A stretch of 16,394 bases of DNA, taken from contig CAXGWI010000075.1 of NCBI GenBank assembly GCA_964013405.1, positions 1-16,394 of the forward strand. The letters are read 5' to 3'. The stretch's first letter is position 1; every line of letters begins with the position of its first letter. Of the stretch, positions 8,212-16,393 are shown one piece after another. The stretch is from an uncultured Myxococcales bacterium (GTDB lineage: Bacteria; Myxococcota; UBA4151). The notes under the pieces are model-generated. The model worked only from the letters and a program-made list of their open reading frames with translations, was not told where the DNA came from and made no database searches. Both the position numbers and the translations under genes were made by a program.

Positions 8212-9908
8212 GCCCCCTCCTTCAGTTACTCACCCACGCCGAGGCCACCGAGTCTCTCGCCGATCCCTCGGCCTATGCCGAGTTGGGGGAGAAGGCCGCT
8301 GAATTGGGGCAGTGGGCGCTGGCCTACAAAGCCTTTCAGTTCGCCCGGCGCCGGGGACAGCATCGTCGGCCCTCGGAAACCGAGTGGCGAGTGCTCATGG
8401 ACTACGAACATCTGGCGGCCCTGATCGACCGGGCCTCCGAGTACCAACGGCTCGATCTGTTGGAGTGGGTTTGTGCCAACTACGCAGGCCACCCTGACTT
8501 GCATGCCCAAGCGGTCAGCGCCTCCTATGCGCTCAATGAGTTCGGGCGTCCCACCACCTTGGATCGGATGGAGCGCCAGGCCCATCCAAGCGAGGCCGTC
8601 GCCATCGAAAGATACCTCGAAGGAGAGAGGCTTTGGCTCGGTTGGGGCTTACGCTGCCTGGGCGCCTGCTTCGCCGATCGCATCCTTCGTCTCGGTTTGC
8701 AGGGGATCCATCCCTTCGATGAGGATGTAGAGAAACTGGCCCATTGGGTCGAGATGATCGAGGGCGCTGAAGCAGCGGTTCCTTACTATCGGGCCCTCTA
8801 CCAGGCGGGTCTCGGGGGGGACGGGCTGCGGTTGGCGCTGGTGATGGGGGCTGCCCGAGAAAATCGTACACTCGCTCTTGAAGCCACCCAGTCGGCCGAG
8901 GAACGAAGCCGTTTGGGCCTATGGGTTCTGCAGCGGGGCCTGGAGCCTGGCTTGGACCGCCGCTGGCTCCAGGATCTCGACGAGGCGGACCTAGAGACCT
9001 TGATCGCCCAAGAGGCGGAACGGCTTGCAGCGGGACAAGAGGCGCGAGTACGGGCCGACGATCTTCGCTTTTCCCCCGATTTGGCCGGTCGGTTCCAGGC
9101 TTTGTATTTGGCCCACGGTCAGTTGGCCGAAGTGATCGCTTGCCTCGAGATCCGCCTGCCCCATGCGGAACCGGAGATCCGTCCACTCCTGCTTCGGATG
9201 CAAGCGAGCCTCTATCGTGATCTGGGTCGTGACGAGTTGGCCCAGCGGGTTGTCCTCGATGCCCTGGCGCTCGACCCGGCCGATGCCTCGACCGTTGATC
9301 TGGTGCTGGAGTTTGCCGGTCAGATGAAGCGTTTTGAGGTGTTTTCCCAGGCGCTGATTCAGCACGCTCGAGCATCGAAGTCGGCCAGCCTCATGCTCGC
9401 GGGCGCAACGCTCGCTGCACCCCACCAAGTGACGTTGATTCTGGAGGAGTTGGCTGGCTTCGAACTGCCGGTCGACGATTTGATCGACCTCGCTGTGGGC
9501 TGCGAGCAGCGGGCCTTGGGGCTTGGGCTGTTGGCTGAACTGGCGGAGGTTGGCCGCTTGGGTCTCGAGCAGCATCTCGCTGTCGCTCGGGATCTGGTCA
9601 GCATGGCTCGCGGTGACGGGGAGATGCTGGAACAGGCCCTGCGTTTGCTCGACCAGTTACCCGAGGAAGAGGAGCGTGCTCAGCGGCTTCGTGTCTCTGC
9701 ACTCTTGGAACTTGGCCGAGGCCATGAAGCCCTGATTTTGATGCACGAAGGGGATTTTCCCAAAGAGGGTGCTTGGGCGATCCATCGGGCCCGGGCGCTG
9801 ATGCAGGTCGGGGAGCGCACCGAAGCAGGTCAACTTCTTGAATCGGCCGATGCCGCCGGTAGTGTGGCGGCTCGCGGCCTGTTGGAACGACTCCGGGAGT
9901 CGAAGTGA
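8199..9908 (+). CDS. Cytoplasmic all-helical, degenerate TPR protein, about 569 aa; positional equivalent of the large gene (agmV) between gltH and gltI
   Basis: ATG 8199 is preferred over the ORF-track start at 8148, giving a 13-nt overlap with the upstream gene (AGGA at 8184-8187). Leu/Ala/Glu/Arg-rich with TPR-like stretches (LLLRMQASLYRDLGRDELAQRVVLDALALDPAD). No signal peptide. Confidence 0.6.
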   Translation: MATLSPLLQLLTHAEATESLADPSAYAELGEKAAELGQWALAYKAFQFARRRGQHRRPSETEWRVLMDYEHLAALIDRASEYQRLDLLEWVCANYAGHPDLHAQAVSASYALNEFGRPTTLDRMERQAHPSEAVAIERYLEGERLWLGWGLRCLGACFADRILRLGLQGIHPFDEDVEKLAHWVEMIEGAEAAVPYYRALYQAGLGGDGLRLALVMGAARENRTLALEATQSAEERSRLGLWVLQRGLEPGLDRRWLQDLDEADLETLIAQEAERLAAGQEARVRADDLRFSPDLAGRFQALYLAHGQLAEVIACLEIRLPHAEPEIRPLLLRMQASLYRDLGRDELAQRVVLDALALDPADASTVDLVLEFAGQMKRFEVFSQALIQHARASKSASLMLAGATLAAPHQVTLILEELAGFELPVDDLIDLAVGCEQRALGLGLLAELAEVGRLGLEQHLAVARDLVSMARGDGEMLEQALRLLDQLPEEEERAQRLRVSALLELGRGHEALILMHEGDFPKEGAWAIHRARALMQVGERTEAGQLLESADAAGSVAARGLLERLRESK

Positions 9909-12900
9909 GCGACCCGCTGCAGGAACTCAGCGACTGGCTCGACCGTCCTGAGCAATCGGTGCTCGGACCCAAGGTTGTATTGGATGCTGTGAAGATTGAG
10001 CCCCCGGAAGGGCGCAGCGAGCTGCTCGACGGCTTATGGTCGCGTTTGCAGGGCACCGGCCTCGCTCTTGAACTGGCCAATCAACTGGACGAATGGGCCC
10101 AGGAGTCGCCCGAAGCCCGAGCGGATGCATTGGCTGCCCAGACCCTCATCCGGGCCCACGCCCCCGGCGCACTCATCGAAAATGCTTGGCTACGGGAATT
10201 GCGACGGCAAGGCCCGGAGCAGTTGGATTGGCGATGGTTTGCCGAACGGGCATCGAGTGTGGCCCTTGTCGAGGCCGCCGCTCTTGGGGAGCGCCTCGAC
10301 CAAGAGGGACGACGGGTGGTGGCTTCGGCCTTACTGTCCCGTCGTCGGGATGAGTTGTTCGATTTGGTTGAATCGGTTGGTGTGGCTGCCTGCGGCCTCG
10401 ATCATCATGGCCTGGCCCGTGCTTTTGGTGGCCGGTCTTTGGCTCGGCTCTCGGAACCAGACGACGACATCCTCGCCCTGGAGGTCCTTCGGCTCCGCTA
10501 CGAGGGCGGAGATGAGACCGCATGTGCCCATGCCCTGCGCCGGTTGGCCGGGATGGACAGCCCCTCGCAGCAGCATGAAATGGTGGCTGGCTGGCTGATC
10601 CAAGAGGGGCAGCGTGGCGAAGCCATGGATCTTTTGCGTTCCTCCATCAGCGATCAGTCGCTCCGCTTGCTCTGGGAAGAGGCGCAATGGGTCGAGATCA
10701 CAGAACGTCTTGAGTCCGTCGCTGAGCGGAGCGAGTCACAGACTGTCTTCTTGGCCCGGGCCCTCTCTGAGTCGGGCAAAGGGGGGGCCACCGCGCTGTT
10801 GGAAGACGCGCCTGGGCCTGAGGCCTATCGACTTAAAGTGGGTCTGGCTTTGGAGGAGGGGCGATCGGAAGGGCTCGCTAATCTACTTAAAGAGGGGCGT
10901 GATCATGGTCTCGATGGTGACCGGGCCTGGATGGCTTTTCTGCTTCTTGATGGCCCCCACCCGAAGATTGCCAGCGAGCTGGTCATCGACCAACTAGAAC
11001 ATGGTCCGAGCCCGGCTGCTCTCGATCGGTTGGTGGCTGCCTGTCCCCGTCGAGAGGATCAGGTTCGTGTGCTCGAGCACCTATTGAACCAGGAGCCGAC
11101 GCCTGAGCGGTGGGAAAATCGCTTAGAACTTGCGGAGGCAAAGACGCGTCCGGGGCTATTGGCCAGACGGGCGTTGTGGTGGGATGATGATCGAGAGGCC
11201 TTGGCCGATCTGCGGGCGGCGGGTCAGGCCGGGCGCTCGGCTTCTGAGCAGTTGGATCTCGTCGGCCGGCTCTTGGTCAAGCACCCCCAGGCCATGGCCC
11301 TGGCCGATGAGTTGGTTCACCTGGGCTTGCGCACCCAGGACCTGGGGGCAGTCGTCCATCCTTGTCTAGAAGCGGCGCGACGTCAGGCTGCGGTCGGTGG
11401 TGCCCGCCTGATCGCTCGAATCGGCGGTAAGCTCGTGGGCTGCGGTGCAACCCAGCAATTGGGTGTCTTGCTTTCTGAAGCCCGTGGCTTGGCGCCAGAC
11501 TTGCCCGAGGTGATCGCTTTGTGGGCTGCGGTGGACGCGGAGGAGGGCGATCTCGCCGCGGCCCGCACACGCTTGATCGCTGCCGCATTGGAGCGCCCCA
11601 GCGACAAAGCCGGTGAAACCCTGGCCCTTTTGGCCCTCGATTACATGGAGCCAGCGGATCCTGGGACCGTCTCCTTGGCTCGCTTGTGGCCCCAGCAGCA
11701 TCGCTTGGTTGAGGCCTATTGCGAAGCGAGGTTGGCGAAAGGGGAGTCCCTAGAGTTATCGATCCTGTCCCAAGTCCGTGGCATGCCAGCCGACCTCCTT
11801 AGAAGTCTATGGCTGCGGGGCCTGGAAGGGGATCCCGCAGAGCTTGCAGCGACGGTCGAGTTATCCGATGGCGAAGCCCTGGACCAACTGGTTCGTCATG
11901 GCATCGACCAGCGGGCGCTTGGCTTCCTACGGCGTTTGGCAAGTCGCCTGCCGGATCCGGATCACGCTCTGTTAGACTGGGCGAAGCGGTCGTTGGACGT
12001 GGGGCGCCCGCAGTTAGCCTACGACCTGGTCGTCGGTGAGCCTGAGGCTCGGGGCAAAGAGGAACTCGAGCTGCTCCTCCATGCCCTCTCTCTCGGTGCG
12101 AAGGCCGATGAAGACCGGCTGTACCGGGAGGGGCTGAGGGCCCTTGAGTTGGAGATCGACAGCGACCACTTGATCGAACTCGTTCTCCGTTTGGGCGGGC
12201 GCCGGGATCTCTTGAAGCCGCTCCTCAAGCGGAACCCGGAGCGCATCGAATTGATCTCCTTGTGCCGAGACCATGCACCGGAGTTATTGAAGTCGATCCA
12301 ATCCCCCGTGGTTTCCGCTGCGCTCTGTCAGCCCGGTCAGGCGGTCAACACAGTGGATCTCGTCTTCGGTCAGGCGGCCGAAGCCATTGGGCGACATCCT
12401 CTTTTACTGGTTTGGTGGGCCGAGTGCGTCCCCGACCGGGAGGTGCGGCTGCTGATGGAAGCGGCCGAAGCCAATCCGGGGCCCTGGGGAGCGCAGCAGT
12501 TGCTGCGAGTGGCACGCAGTCAGGTGGGTGAACAACGGGGCGATGCGGTGACAACCCTTCGAGCTGCTCTCGACATGAACAGCGACTCCGTGCCGGTCCG
12601 CCGTGCTCTGTCCGACTTGCTGCGGGAAGACCAGCCGGAAGCAGCCCTGGAGTTGTTGGAGCCCGTGTTGCGAGGGCCAGACCGGGATCAAAGTGATCTG
12701 TATCGTTTGGCCCGATTGAGTCATCGCTTGGAGGACTTTGAGGCCTCGGCCAATGCCTTTGAGCAGGCCGGCGTCCCGAGTCGTTTGGACCTGCTCCAAG
12801 AAGCAATCCCGGTGTTTGCCAAGTTGGGCCGGAATGAGGTCGCACGCGTCTGGATCCGGGAGTTGATCCGGTTTTGGGGGGAGGGGCTGAGTCGGACCGA

Positions 12901-14662
12901 GTTGGCCTTGGAGTACACCCGGCTCGCACGGGTTGAGTTGAATCTCAGTGCGCTGGAGGTGGCCCAGGCCTGTGCCCGTCGAGCGATGGAGTTGGATGAG
13001 ACCAGTCCGGAGGCGACGGAACTTCTTGGGCGCACCTTGTTGGAGAGTGATGAGCACTTTGATGAGGGGCTCCAACTCCTCGAGGAGGCAGCCCGCCGCT
13101 GCCCTCGTCGCAGACGAGCCGAGTTGCTTGCCGAAGTGGGCATGTTGTCCGAAGACCCCTGGCACCGGGCCGACCTTTTGGAAGAGGCCCGCCGTCTCGG
13201 GCTGGCCCTGGGCTCCTCCCAGTTGTATTGCCTTGCCGAAGCGCTCAACCGGACGGCCCGTCGGGAAGAAGCCCTTGAGATGATCGAGGCGGCTGTGGAC
13301 TGTTGCGAAGAGCCCGCGACCCAGCGGCAGTATCTCGTTTGGATGGGGGATTTGGCCTTCCGTAAGTTGCAACGCCTGGAGCCGGCCTTGAAGGCTTGGC
13401 AGCGGGCGCTGCGGGCCGATCCACGGGATGAGGAGGTCCTTCATCGGGTGACTGCTGCCTGCCAGGAGAGCAGTCGTTATGAAGAGCTCGTCGACACCCT
13501 GGTGCGGGTGATCGAGCATGAGCATGACGATGAGCGCCGGCACCGGCTCTGGCAGCGGGTGGCCGAGACCGCTGATGAGCATCTCACTCGCCCGGATTTA
13601 GCCGCTCGCGCTTATGGAGAGATGCTTCAGATTCGAGACTCGATTCCACTGCGGGAGCAGTTGGCAGCCCGCTTGGTCGACGAAGGCAAGGGGGATGAAG
13701 CTCAACAGGTGCTCCTCGAGGCCTGGACACGCCAACGTCTCAGTGAAGCGGGGGCGACGCTGCTGTGCCGTAGCCTTGAGTTGGGGGGGCGGACGCGCCA
13801 AGCCCTTGCGGTTGACGACGTGGAACGTTTGCGAGGTCGGTCGGGCCAGCGCGATGAACAACGCCATGCGTGGCTCGAAACCTTGGAGCAACCGGAGCCC
13901 CTTTCGGTGACCGAGTTGCGAAGTTTGATGCCCCAGATTCTCCGGGATGATGCGGGACAACATCTTGCGGAAGCATGGAGCGTGGTTCACCCCTTGGTGA
14001 AACAGGATCCAAGCCGGACTGGGGGGTGGCTCAAGCGCCGACGGCAACTGATGGATGAAGGAGATGAACGCCTCATCACTCGCTCCTTCTACCAAGTCGG
14101 GCGCCTCTTTCGGCAGCCTGAAACAAGTCTCTACTTGGAGCCGGGAAGCAGTGACGGGGTTGCGGTCCTACCGGCCCAGCCGCTCTGTCTGGTGGTGGGT
14201 AGTCAGGCGCCACTGCTCCGTGTGGACGATCCTGCGGTCGTTCGTTTTCATGTGGCGCGCATGATGATGATGACTCGCCCAGAGGTGGCGCTGCTGACCC
14301 TGCTCGGTTTGGAGCGAACTCAGGATTTATGTGCGGCGATCGGGCTGAGGGCCACGGTGGTCAGCCAGCGTCGTGTCGCCCAATGGCGGGCCCTGCTCAG
14401 TGGTGGCCTGGAGTTCCGGCTCCGGCGATCCTTGGACCACCTACCGATGCAGCACATGGTTCGTTTGGCTGCCGCCGCAGAAATGATGTCTCTGCGGGCC
14501 GGTTTAATCGCCGCTGGCGCGTTGAATCTCTCGCTCGACCTGGCCTTGCAGGGAGAACCTGTCTTGGCTCGTCTGGATCAAACGGAATTAGTCCATAGCT
14601 TGGGCCGTTTCTGGGCCCGAAGTGGATTGGCCTATCGAATCGGGGAGGTGCGAAGTGGTTGA
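9905..14662 (+). CDS. gltI: Large cytoplasmic TPR scaffold, GltI/AgmK-like, 1585 aa, with the C-terminal domain typical of myxobacterial giant TPR proteins
   Basis: GTGA overlap with the upstream stop and GGAG at 9896-9899. TPRs are clearest in the C-terminal half (YLVWMGDLAFRKLQRLEPALKAWQRALRADPRD, LWQRVAETADEHLTRPDLAARAYGEML). C-terminal LVVG...VVRFHVAR....RP....LRAGLIAAG domain. Immediately upstream of a gltJ-like gene. Orthology is inferred from architecture and synteny. Confidence 0.55.
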   Translation: MSDPLQELSDWLDRPEQSVLGPKVVLDAVKIEPPEGRSELLDGLWSRLQGTGLALELANQLDEWAQESPEARADALAAQTLIRAHAPGALIENAWLRELRRQGPEQLDWRWFAERASSVALVEAAALGERLDQEGRRVVASALLSRRRDELFDLVESVGVAACGLDHHGLARAFGGRSLARLSEPDDDILALEVLRLRYEGGDETACAHALRRLAGMDSPSQQHEMVAGWLIQEGQRGEAMDLLRSSISDQSLRLLWEEAQWVEITERLESVAERSESQTVFLARALSESGKGGATALLEDAPGPEAYRLKVGLALEEGRSEGLANLLKEGRDHGLDGDRAWMAFLLLDGPHPKIASELVIDQLEHGPSPAALDRLVAACPRREDQVRVLEHLLNQEPTPERWENRLELAEAKTRPGLLARRALWWDDDREALADLRAAGQAGRSASEQLDLVGRLLVKHPQAMALADELVHLGLRTQDLGAVVHPCLEAARRQAAVGGARLIARIGGKLVGCGATQQLGVLLSEARGLAPDLPEVIALWAAVDAEEGDLAAARTRLIAAALERPSDKAGETLALLALDYMEPADPGTVSLARLWPQQHRLVEAYCEARLAKGESLELSILSQVRGMPADLLRSLWLRGLEGDPAELAATVELSDGEALDQLVRHGIDQRALGFLRRLASRLPDPDHALLDWAKRSLDVGRPQLAYDLVVGEPEARGKEELELLLHALSLGAKADEDRLYREGLRALELEIDSDHLIELVLRLGGRRDLLKPLLKRNPERIELISLCRDHAPELLKSIQSPVVSAALCQPGQAVNTVDLVFGQAAEAIGRHPLLLVWWAECVPDREVRLLMEAAEANPGPWGAQQLLRVARSQVGEQRGDAVTTLRAALDMNSDSVPVRRALSDLLREDQPEAALELLEPVLRGPDRDQSDLYRLARLSHRLEDFEASANAFEQAGVPSRLDLLQEAIPVFAKLGRNEVARVWIRELIRFWGEGLSRTELALEYTRLARVELNLSALEVAQACARRAMELDETSPEATELLGRTLLESDEHFDEGLQLLEEAARRCPRRRRAELLAEVGMLSEDPWHRADLLEEARRLGLALGSSQLYCLAEALNRTARREEALEMIEAAVDCCEEPATQRQYLVWMGDLAFRKLQRLEPALKAWQRALRADPRDEEVLHRVTAACQESSRYEELVDTLVRVIEHEHDDERRHRLWQRVAETADEHLTRPDLAARAYGEMLQIRDSIPLREQLAARLVDEGKGDEAQQVLLEAWTRQRLSEAGATLLCRSLELGGRTRQALAVDDVERLRGRSGQRDEQRHAWLETLEQPEPLSVTELRSLMPQILRDDAGQHLAEAWSVVHPLVKQDPSRTGGWLKRRRQLMDEGDERLITRSFYQVGRLFRQPETSLYLEPGSSDGVAVLPAQPLCLVVGSQAPLLRVDDPAVVRFHVARMMMMTRPEVALLTLLGLERTQDLCAAIGLRATVVSQRRVAQWRALLSGGLEFRLRRSLDHLPMQHMVRLAAAAEMMSLRAGLIAAGALNLSLDLALQGEPVLARLDQTELVHSLGRFWARSGLAYRIGEVRSG
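14644..14650 (+). promoter_or_regulatory. Shine-Dalgarno for the gltJ-like gene
   Basis: GGAGGTG lies just upstream of GTG 14655. Confidence 0.72.
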
Positions 14663-15461
14663 TTCTTCCAAGCCAACTGCTGACCGAAGCTGGGTACTTC
14701 TCGGAGAGACCGAGCCGTATAGCCGAGATGCCCTCGACTTGATGGTGATGGATGGCCTCATCGAACTCCAAGATCAGGTGGAACCGGCCGGTGGGGGCCA
14801 GCCGATCACGGTCGGGGAGGTTTTGGGAATTCTACCCGCCTTGCCGGTCAGCGAGCGTCTGGATGCCCTTGCCGAGGGGCTGGAGTTACCAGAGGGCCAG
14901 ACCATCGACACGATGAAGAGCGACGAACTCCCCCGGGTGGTGAGCATGATCCCTCGGGTCGATACCATGCCCGTCTCGAAGCCAAAGTCGACGCCCATCT
15001 TGACACCCCAGCGTTTGGGGATCGTGGTGAGCCTGGTTCTCGGGCTCGGTATTGTCGGCTTTCTGCTCATGCCGCGGGGCGAAGACCGGGAGCGAGAAAG
15101 GGCTGCCCAGCAATCAGACACCGACGGGGCGGTTGCAGATCCAGCGGTGAAGGTTGTGTCTGTGCAGCGCCCGGCGGAACAACTCCTGCGACCGGGGCAG
15201 AAACGTCTGACGGTCGAGGACAAGCAAGGCGTCCTCGAAAGTGAGCTAGAAGATTTGGAGAGCTGCCTGCCCGACAAGGCGAAGGACAGCATCAAGATTC
15301 AGTTCAAGATCAAGCCGAATGGGGCGCCATTCGCCATTCGGCTCGATACAGAGGACACCTCGGTGAACGCCTGCGTCCGAGCGAAGGTCTTTCGGTGGCG
15401 CTTTCCCCGCTTTAGCGGCCCGAGCGATGCGCTGGCGTTTCGTCTGGGAGGCCCGGGCTGA
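14655..15461 (+). CDS. gltJ: Short GltJ/AgmX-like inner-membrane protein: degenerate GYF_2, one TM helix, TonB_C-like (AgmX/PglI C-terminal) domain, 268 aa (start corrected to GTG 14655)
   Basis: GGAGGTG Shine-Dalgarno at 14644-14650, inside the gltI 3' end. GYF_2-like SWVLLGETEPYSRDALDLMVMDGLIELQDQV. TM helix LGIVVSLVLGLGIVGFLLM. C-terminal LESC...IKIQFKIKPNG...NACVRAKVFRWRFPRFSG resembles the GltG C-terminal domain. Confidence 0.62.
   Translation: MVDSSKPTADRSWVLLGETEPYSRDALDLMVMDGLIELQDQVEPAGGGQPITVGEVLGILPALPVSERLDALAEGLELPEGQTIDTMKSDELPRVVSMIPRVDTMPVSKPKSTPILTPQRLGIVVSLVLGLGIVGFLLMPRGEDRERERAAQQSDTDGAVADPAVKVVSVQRPAEQLLRPGQKRLTVEDKQGVLESELEDLESCLPDKAKDSIKIQFKIKPNGAPFAIRLDTEDTSVNACVRAKVFRWRFPRFSGPSDALAFRLGGPG
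15446..15451 (+). promoter_or_regulatory. Shine-Dalgarno for the TIGR04552-type gene
   Basis: GGGAGG ends 9 nt upstream of ATG 15461, inside the last codons of gltJ. Confidence 0.65.
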
Positions 15462-16393
15462 TGCGGCGGCAGTTGGAAGCTGAGGTTGCGAGCCTGCTTC
15501 AGGGGGTCAGCCCCATCGACTGGGGTCGCCTCCGGCACTTCAGCGATGAGGGGATCGCCGACCTGTTGACCAGTAACGGGTTTAATCTCGAGAGCGAGGC
15601 GGACTGGGATCACCTCGACCGCCTTCGGGATCGGGGGATCAGTTATATGAACCGAGCCCTCGATATGGTGGTCGATGAAGACATTTTTGAGATGCCAGTG
15701 GATGGGCTGATCCACTTGGCTGCTCGGCGTAAAGAGGGGCGGCGACGACGTCAGCAAGCCTGCGTGCTGCTGAAAGTCATGCACCTCATCCAGCGGCTCG
15801 ATGCCCGTAGTCTACGCTTTGCTGCCCGAGTCTCCGATGCGGAGTTGACGACCCATCTCCTCGGCAAAGTCGGTGAGTGGGTCGACAGCCTGCGACGGCA
15901 GGGTCTGGTGATCGTGGAGTGGGGAGGTGGGCACAAGAGGCCCGACGCCATGGTGACCAAGCTCCTGCTCAAGGCGAGTAGTCAGGTGGGCAATGTCCAC
16001 GACCAAGTCCGGGTCCGACTGGTGACAGAGGATCGACCCACACTGGAAACGGTGATTGAAGAACTGGTTCGTCGAATCCTGCCGTTCAACATGATTCTGG
16101 CCGGCGAAAGTGTGAACACCTTGATGGAGATCGGGGAAGGAGCCCTCAAGGGACTTGTTCCCGAGCACGCGGTCCCAGACCGCCCCTATAATCCCCAGAG
16201 TTCTGGCGATTATCGGATCATTAACCTGGTGGGCGACGTTCCCCTTGCGATCGATCCGACCAGTTATGGGGTGCCGATAAGCCAGCAGGAACGGCACGGC
16301 CGGATCGTCCACCTCCGTTGCGAGTTCCAGTTCGTTGACGTGGCAACGGCCCAGGATAACGAGCGCGGTGAGCAGGGGCATGCTGCCTATAAA
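15461..16393 (+). CDS. TIGR04552-type protein with a RelA/SpoT-synthetase-like (nucleotidyltransferase) domain, >311 aa, 3'-truncated; not in the supplied ORF track
   Basis: Manual translation from ATG 15461 (TGATG overlap with the gltJ stop, GGGAGG at 15446-15451) stays open to the window end: MRRQLEAEVASLLQGVSPIDW...QACVLLKVMHLIQRLDAR...HKRPDAMVTKLLLK...VHDQVRVRLVT...LPFNMILAGESVNTL...YNPQSSGDYRIINLVGDVP...EFQFVDVATAQDNERGEQGHAAYK. These motifs match my recollection of the myxobacterial TIGR04552 family. Confidence 0.82.
   Translation, partial: MRRQLEAEVASLLQGVSPIDWGRLRHFSDEGIADLLTSNGFNLESEADWDHLDRLRDRGISYMNRALDMVVDEDIFEMPVDGLIHLAARRKEGRRRRQQACVLLKVMHLIQRLDARSLRFAARVSDAELTTHLLGKVGEWVDSLRRQGLVIVEWGGGHKRPDAMVTKLLLKASSQVGNVHDQVRVRLVTEDRPTLETVIEELVRRILPFNMILAGESVNTLMEIGEGALKGLVPEHAVPDRPYNPQSSGDYRIINLVGDVPLAIDPTSYGVPISQQERHGRIVHLRCEFQFVDVATAQDNERGEQGHAAYK

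Noticed and set aside
9895..9908. The 569-aa and 1585-aa ORFs as one frameshifted gene or pseudogene
   Set aside because: The junction is a clean GTGA overlap with a correctly spaced GGAG, like other junctions in the run, which supports two real genes.
12404..13582. Long minus-strand ORFs (392 aa here; also 4059-4892, 8533-9375, 15812-16381 and others)
   Set aside because: They lie wholly antisense to well-supported + strand genes and show no recognisable motifs. Such shadow ORFs are expected in GC-rich coding DNA.
14261..14272. (ATG)4 trinucleotide run
   Set aside because: It encodes four Met residues in a predicted helix and is too short to call a functional repeat.
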